Shown piece by piece: positions 57,370 to 64,000 of a DNA stretch of 64,000 nucleotides (position 1 is the stretch's first letter; each line of letters opens with the position of its first letter). The notes under the pieces were generated by a model. The model did not search any database. It saw only the letters and a list, made by a program, of their open reading frames with translations, and was not told where the DNA came from. The position numbers and the translations under genes are program-made. The DNA comes from Podarcis muralis (Eukaryota): NCBI RefSeq assembly GCF_964188315.1, contig NC_135658.1, positions 50,654,001 through 50,718,000 on the forward strand, given 5' to 3'.

Positions 57370-60300
57370 ACTGGTGTAAAAATCTAAGTGTGCTCGGTTC
57401 AAATTACTTATCGATTTGAATTAAACATTTTAAAAATGATTTGTTGCATTTATCTTGTCATTTTCCCTACTGATTTCAAGCAGCTTACATGTTCCTTCCT
57501 CCCTTTAAGCTTCAGAATAAACCAGAGTGATAGATGTGTCCGAGAGATAGTAACTGACTGAAGGCCATCTTATGGCTTTCATGGATGAATGGGGATTTGG
57601 ACTGCAAGCTCCAGTCCCATACAAACTTATTTGGGAGTAAATCTAATTGAACTCAGTGGGACTTACTTCTAGTAGACTTGCATAGGCTTCTGCTATCTAT
57701 CTCCACTGTATCACACTGCCTCTCAAGGATGTTCCCTTGCCAGTGTATTTGGGTCTTTCAGCACACATCAAATGCCATAAATCTCTTGCTGTGTACCTGA
57801 GAGCTTATAGTATATAATTAGCTACTTTTATCTCACAAGTAAAAATTTTAAATCACTTAAATCCTACCTTAGAGACAAAGCTTGTTCTTCCCTGTAAACT
57901 CAATTGTCAAGAAACACAGCTTTTTCATAGGGTTTTCCAAAACCATTACTATGGATTAGAATCCCCACTGCGCATAAACATGCACTGAAATGGTGGAATC
58001 TCCCTGTTATTACAAGCGTGGGTATGAGTGTAATGGGCGGTAAAGCTAAAAAGGTGGTAAGTGATGACTAATATGCCATTATCGTCTGCAGGTGGTCCCT
58101 ACTTCTGAAAATTACTCCTTACCTGAGTATCTTCCTGGAGCAATGTAAGATTTCATCCATTCATTATCTCACTCATACAGGCATCTGGAGGGCATGTGTG
58201 CTTTAGTTAGTCATTTAAATATGTATCTTGCTATGCTTGTAGCTGTTGCAAGCCATCATGAGTGTAAGATGGGTTAAACCTGGGGACGGGGCAATGAATA
58301 TAATTTGGAAAGAGGGAGGGAGATTATTAATATATACATATTGCAGGCAATACAACAATATCTGTAAAACTCTGGTCAAATATATGCTGAGAGTGGGAAC
58401 TTTAGAACCTGGGAGAAAAATATTGGGTCTGAACTTGGATGAACTTCTGTGGCTTGTGCCCATCTCTTATCAAAACCAATTAATCCAAATGCTAATTTAA
58501 TTTGATATGCCAACACAGTGCTCTGGGAAATATAGCAGTAAAGCTGGTTTTTTAATCTGCCAATTGTCTGTGTAATCAGGCTATGTTTAATAGAAAGACT
58601 GCTCATTTGCAAGCATAACCTTGTATGAACCGAAATTTGATGACATTCTATCACCCTCTACCACACGGAATAACTTCCTGTTCCCCATACATGCCCAGGG
58701 ATTCCAGAGGGGTTTCTCAGTGGAGCCATTACTATATTGCCAAGAGAGAGAAAGAGAGACAAGAAACATGCAGTGCAAACCTATCTATGCCTTCTCGATG
58801 CTATTGAGCAAATGGAACTAACCTCCAGGTAAGTGGTACATGGGATTGCATCCCTTCATCATAAAACATTCACCATTTCAACCAATTGTTATTATTTAAA
58901 TGTCAGGGTTTGTCTCCTTTTGTTTATCTGGCCCATGCCCTCATTCTGCCCCCAAAGGGAATGACTCCCTTTGGTGTTGCCCCTTCAGTGGCTGTCCCAC
59001 CCCAAGGCAGACTGGCTTTATAGTGCTGCCCCAAAAGCTGGTACAGTCCTAGCTAGGGCAGCAGGTGGTCTCTTTCAACCCAATACTGATGTTCTGTGTC
59101 TTATTTCTTCCACTGGCATGCACATGAGTCCACAACCCTGCACTGCAAGAGATTGGAGTAGAAAACCCATGGGATCCTTTCCAACATTATAATTCTATGA
59201 TTCTGTGTTCAGAATTCAATATACTATAGGTCCTGAGACATAATCTAGTTAAGTCTTTCTGTGTGCATATGGTCTATACGTGTGTGGGGGATGTGGGTGT
59301 GCTCTATGTCCAGATGTGCAATGGATGTCCTATGTGCTGGAGTGAGTATAGGGTTGCTACATCCACTTTGTTTTGGCCACAGCTGGAATGTACCTAAAGT
59401 TTATGATATGCTCTGGAAGATCATTCCAGAAACAAATAGGGAGAGGCATGAGAGAAAGAGTAGAAATGTTTGATAGAACACAAGAACTTGTATCCTAACG
59501 AGAAGAAGGCACATGAACAGGCTGAACATAAAAAGATCAAGCAGAGAAATGGGGTCAATTTAATAAAATGGCTTAAAATTGGGAACAAAACATTTAAACA
59601 TTTGCACCCTGTAAAAAGAACAAAAAGAAGTAATATAATCAAAATTACCAACCAGACAAAGAACTTTAAGCAGGAAAATTTAAAGCAAATCAAGGACTAA
59701 AGCGGCAATCCTGTACTCTCACACCTGGAGATAATATCATTGAATGCAATAGGACACCACCATCAAAGGTGATAGAAGGGTGGTCAAAAAGCCATACTTA
59801 ATCAAGTGAGACATTCTTGAAGACTGCCTTCTTGCAGTGGCAGGGCGGAGGGAAATGGGTACAATATTACAATGAGAGAAATTACACAGTTTTGCAATAG
59901 AATCAATCTGGTGGGATACAGAAAAGAGTCAAAGATGATATCAACATAATTCAGCATACTGTGGCAGATCAACAATTGTCCACATTTTATTTTTCTTTCT
60001 TTCTTTATTGAATGCCAGGAACCTGTAAAAGAGCCTTCTTGGAAGCACAGCAATGCCACCCAGCTCCAGATATAATTACTTCAGTTCAAAACTCTTTTGG
60101 ACCAAATGATAATTGCCTTCTCTAATGTTAATGGAACAGATAATCTTTTTATTGTATTTGTCTCTAGAAGACTACTTTTTTTGTGTGTGAGCTAAATGGA
60201 ACAATTTTTAGTAAAACATTTCCACATGCTTTTAAAATGGCAATTTCCACAGAACCTAAGGGATATTAGTCCATTAAAAGGCAGGCAGATTGGACTATGC

Positions 60301-63300
60301 ACATTAATGATAGATGAAATGTTTTAGCATTTACCAATTTATTTTCTGCAACTAGCAAATATATTTAAACAGTAAAAAAAAAAATGTTCTTAATGAGTTT
60401 TGTTGAGTGTTTTAGTGCTATCCTAGAATTTTAATGCGGAAAGATTCCTGAACTTTCCACATTCATATCATTTTCTGTCTTTAAGTATTCTCTACAAAAG
60501 TTGGAGCTAATGTATTGTGTGCAGATCATGAAGTATCTTTCTTAAAGGGATATTATCCTCCAAAACATAGCTATCCACACTGAGATGTTATGCTGCAACC
60601 CTCACGGTTTATGTTACAATTTAATTTAGCAGAGGAAATAAAAATTTCTTGGAAACTTCTTATTAAATTGACTAAAAAAATCATTTCAAAATGATACTGC
60701 TACCCTTCTCCTAAATGTGTCTGCTTTACATGTGGGTAAAGAATAACAGTGGCTTCCATGCTATCTTCAGGATTAGAGGCAGAATACATGCCTCTCTTGA
60801 ATGCTGGGGAACTACTGTAGGTGAGGGCTGCTATTGTCCTCCTGCTTGTGAGATTCAGTCTGATCTAAAGAACTGAGTTCAATGGGAAAACATGCATGCC
60901 CAGGTTAAGGTTGATGGCAACATTTATGGAGATATGAAACATGGACAGGGAGAATGGGTTTGTACCTCCCCGCCCCCAATGGCTTCCCACAACCATCATG
61001 CTCATATTGCCAGATATGTCATGTGACAGAATGAGTACATGGTGAGGAGGATTTCCACTTCTTGTAGCATGTGGCTCGGCACATTTGCTGGTGTCTTCTG
61101 AAGCTGCCATCTCTGCATGTGGGCATCTTTTTTTCATTCCTGCTCCATTCCTATATGTCACATTGTAGTCTAGATTTATGGCACTCTATGCAATTTACGT
61201 TCTGTACAATGTATTATCTATACAGTCTTGATGTGTAGTTGATTATGTCTTGTGATGGACAATAGGATTTGACAATAATTTGGTCTTTTCCAGATTCAGT
61301 ATTAGGATCAGCCCAACACTGTTGCTATAGAATGATCCCTGCAGTTAAAAAGTACTGCCTGTATGATATCTTCTGGGCACATCTGCTTTCTTGTCTCTTC
61401 TCAATGACCATGTAAATGTCCAGAAAATCAACATTTGGGGTAATCACTATGAATTAGATATGGTACAATATGGTTTTCGGTCAAGCAATGATCATGAATC
61501 ATATTCTGAGCAGAGGAGTGTGTTAAGGTGTGTGGCAAATTAAATCTTGAATAGTGGGGGTACATGCATTGCAATTTATTCAAATACCTGTACGCTTTTT
61601 TTCTGGGGAACTGAGGTTAGAGAAAAATAGTTCTACAGAATGGCAGATCCATTTTCCCTGCTCAGAGCAAGTGTTACTAATTTGATGTATTCATTGTGTG
61701 TTTGTGTTTAAAACAACAACAACAACGAATGCGTTTTAAATTGTACTGATTGTAAACAATGCTTTTAACAATAAATAGAGAGGCAAAAATCAGCAGTCAG
61801 TTCACAACTTTGTACATGCTATAATGGTTTGTTCACTGCAAAATTGGGATGTTGCTGAACATTCCATGTTCATTCACTGAGCCAGTCAGTGTGCAGTGCT
61901 TTACGGCTGCAAGTGAAATACTGTATAGATACTGCTATGTTTTCTGTCTAGAAATTGACTATTTCTCTTTTCCCCAGGGACGGAGTCAGCGCTCATGGAA
62001 TAATGTCTCATATTTCTATTGTTGTGCATTGCTTGTTGTAGAAAAACTCCCATGGCTGAAAAATCAAATTAATTCCTATTTTTGACACTGGGCTTTTCTT
62101 TGGCTTTGTACATAATACCCAACAGCCAATTATCCTAAATGGTGCTATTCACTAAAAACAATAGCTCAGTCCAAATTCCACCCATTAGAAGAAAAAAGTG
62201 TGGCAGAGCTCAGTTTCCCAAACTGCAAAGTTTCTTTAGAACAATGCAAAAACTCAGTGGTGCCAAACAAAATTTAATCATAATAGAATGGTGGGGCCCT
62301 GAGACTTTTGAGATACAACCTGCCACATTGAACCTATTGGGGCACTGAAGTTTAATCAATTGTGCAAAGGCATATACAGCCTGTATTTAAGGAGTCATTC
62401 AAAAAACCAAATAAATAAATAAATGGAGAACAGTAAAAAAATGTCTGAAGCTTGATGTTTGCTTGTAAATTGCACTGTGAGCTAACTCAATGTGCCAGGA
62501 GTTTTAAAATGGTGATGCAATGATTGATGCCACATTAACTGCATGACTACATAGTATGGGGATCAAAACTGTAGAAGCTGTAGAAGGGTAAAGATCTATA
62601 AGGTTACGTACTTCATCTTCCTGCCAATACCGCATTGTGCCCAAGGCAATTTTTTTCTCTTGTGCATTGCCCAGTCTCATTTGAGAGACTTATCTGCTTT
62701 ATTTTCCTAACCCGTAGACTTCCCTGTGTTTTTTCTTTCTGCCAAACCTATGACATGTACAGTGATTCTGAGGAAAGCATTCAAGCTTGTCTTGCTTGTT
62801 TATTTGTTCAGACTTTATATACTCTTTACACAAAAGTCCCAGAGCGATTTACATAGCAATGCTTTAAATTACACACAAAATCTGTTCAACTGATGTAATA
62901 ATAAAAAAACTACAGTATGTTCAATACATGGAAGAAAAATACTACAAAACAATCCAATTTGTCAACAGCTTCTAGACAACATTCATAATATTTTTGGAAG
63001 TCTCATGCATTTCCTGGATGTGGGCACAGTCTCAAGGAAGTTATCCTGCCTGCACAATCCTCAATGAAATTTCTGGAAAAACATGGTGATCCTTTTTTTT
63101 TCCACTGGGACTTGCACAGGAGACTTGGTCCTGCATTGACACATTCTTTTTATTGAGTACAAAAATATTGCTGATAATCTAAGTCTTCCCTTTTCTATTC
63201 TGCCTTGCCATAACCCCATGAGAGATAAAAGTCTGGCTTCTGTTTCCTCAAGCATTGTACCAGTATAATCTTACCTTCTTTTGTGCTAATGATTTGTGCT

Positions 63301-63941
63301 GAAAACTAATTTTGGATTACTTTTGGGGGGGGGGGAATTCTGTTAGAAAAAAGCAAGCTTCTGGGAAAAAGCACACAAACACCTGAAGGTCACTGCAGTC
63401 CTATTGTGATAAAAACACTATTCTGAAGCTTATTAATGAATCTCACTGCAGTAAATAAGGGTTTGAATGGGTTGGAGCAAAGAAGTAATACTTAAAAATG
63501 TATGTAGAATATTGAAAGCTGGAGAAAAAGCCATTTTTAGAGCAGATGAAATTTTGAGATTTAGCAAACCTTATGATTTAGTGATGACACATTTAAATTG
63601 TATTGGATTTAATACAGCATTTTTTTGAACAGGAAAAAAACCAGAATAGAATGTTCAGAAAGAGGCAATTTTGAAAGTGAAATCCTCTGTTGTTTCACCC
63701 ATCTTGCTGATGGAAGCTCCTGAGGAGAAATCAAATATGTTGGAGCATGTATTTGATGGAACTGCTGTGCCAAAGAACATTCAAACAGAGTATCCAAATA
63801 GGCTTTTAATAGTATTGTCTGTTGCAGAGGTATAATCCATCTTGAAGTCTTGATGCCTTGAGAAAGTGTGTGTGCTTAAGAAGCTACATGAATAAAAATA
63901 ATATTCTTTCCTGTATCCTTAGCTTATACTGTTGTTGTATT

Positions 63942-64000
63942 TGCGGACCCAGGCACTGGAGTGTGCGACAAACCAGGAGAAGAAATGAGACACGGATGGC
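63942..64000 (-). mobile_element. Possible LTR terminus cut by the window edge
   Basis: Abrupt change to GC-rich sequence at TGCGGACCC (minus strand ends ...GGGTCCGCA). Too short to confirm. Confidence 0.3.

Noticed and set aside
389-63797. The many 60-150 aa ORFs in the track outside the TE calls
   Set aside because: Mostly alternative-start or shadow ORFs in AT-rich or repeat sequence, with no recognisable motifs.
1-64000. Excess of minus-strand LINE/LTR fragments (roughly 13 versus 6-8) suggesting an intron of a + strand gene
   Set aside because: Counts are small and several orientations are uncertain. Not convincing without gene annotation.

Overview
Repeat-rich vertebrate genomic DNA, almost certainly from a squamate reptile. 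A lacertid-type lizard is inferred from the Sauria SINE, Bov-B, Rex1, Penelope and MITE content. No host protein-coding exon could be recognised, so the window is intronic or intergenic. The centrepiece is a young, nearly intact 5,464-bp Ty3/Gypsy chromovirus of the Tf1/sushi group (40466-45929, + strand). It has 413-bp LTRs that differ by 5 transitions and a TCCAA target-site duplication. It sits antisense inside the N-terminal coding region of a full-length but decayed Rex1/Babar LINE (46133 down to 37484, - strand). The chromovirus shows (i) a tRNA-independent self-priming structure, (ii) a PEG10-type G-GGA-AAC -1 frameshift site with an H-type pseudoknot, (iii) one homopolymer frameshift between protease and RT, and (iv) an unusual integrase C-terminus. 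That C-terminus has a chromodomain lacking two of three aromatic-cage residues, then an acidic FxGF motif resembling LEDGF/TND-binding motifs, then about 104 residues encoded inside the 3' LTR. Point (iv) is the best candidate for an undescribed system: a possible host-factor tethering module for integration. Two Penelope-like insertions form inverted repeats carrying minimal hammerhead ribozymes. The rest is Bov-B, RTE, L2 and Rex1 fragments, SINEs, hAT and Tc1/mariner MITEs, solo LTRs and microsatellites. All calls come from reading the sequence by eye. No database search or folding program was run, so family names are recognition-based.
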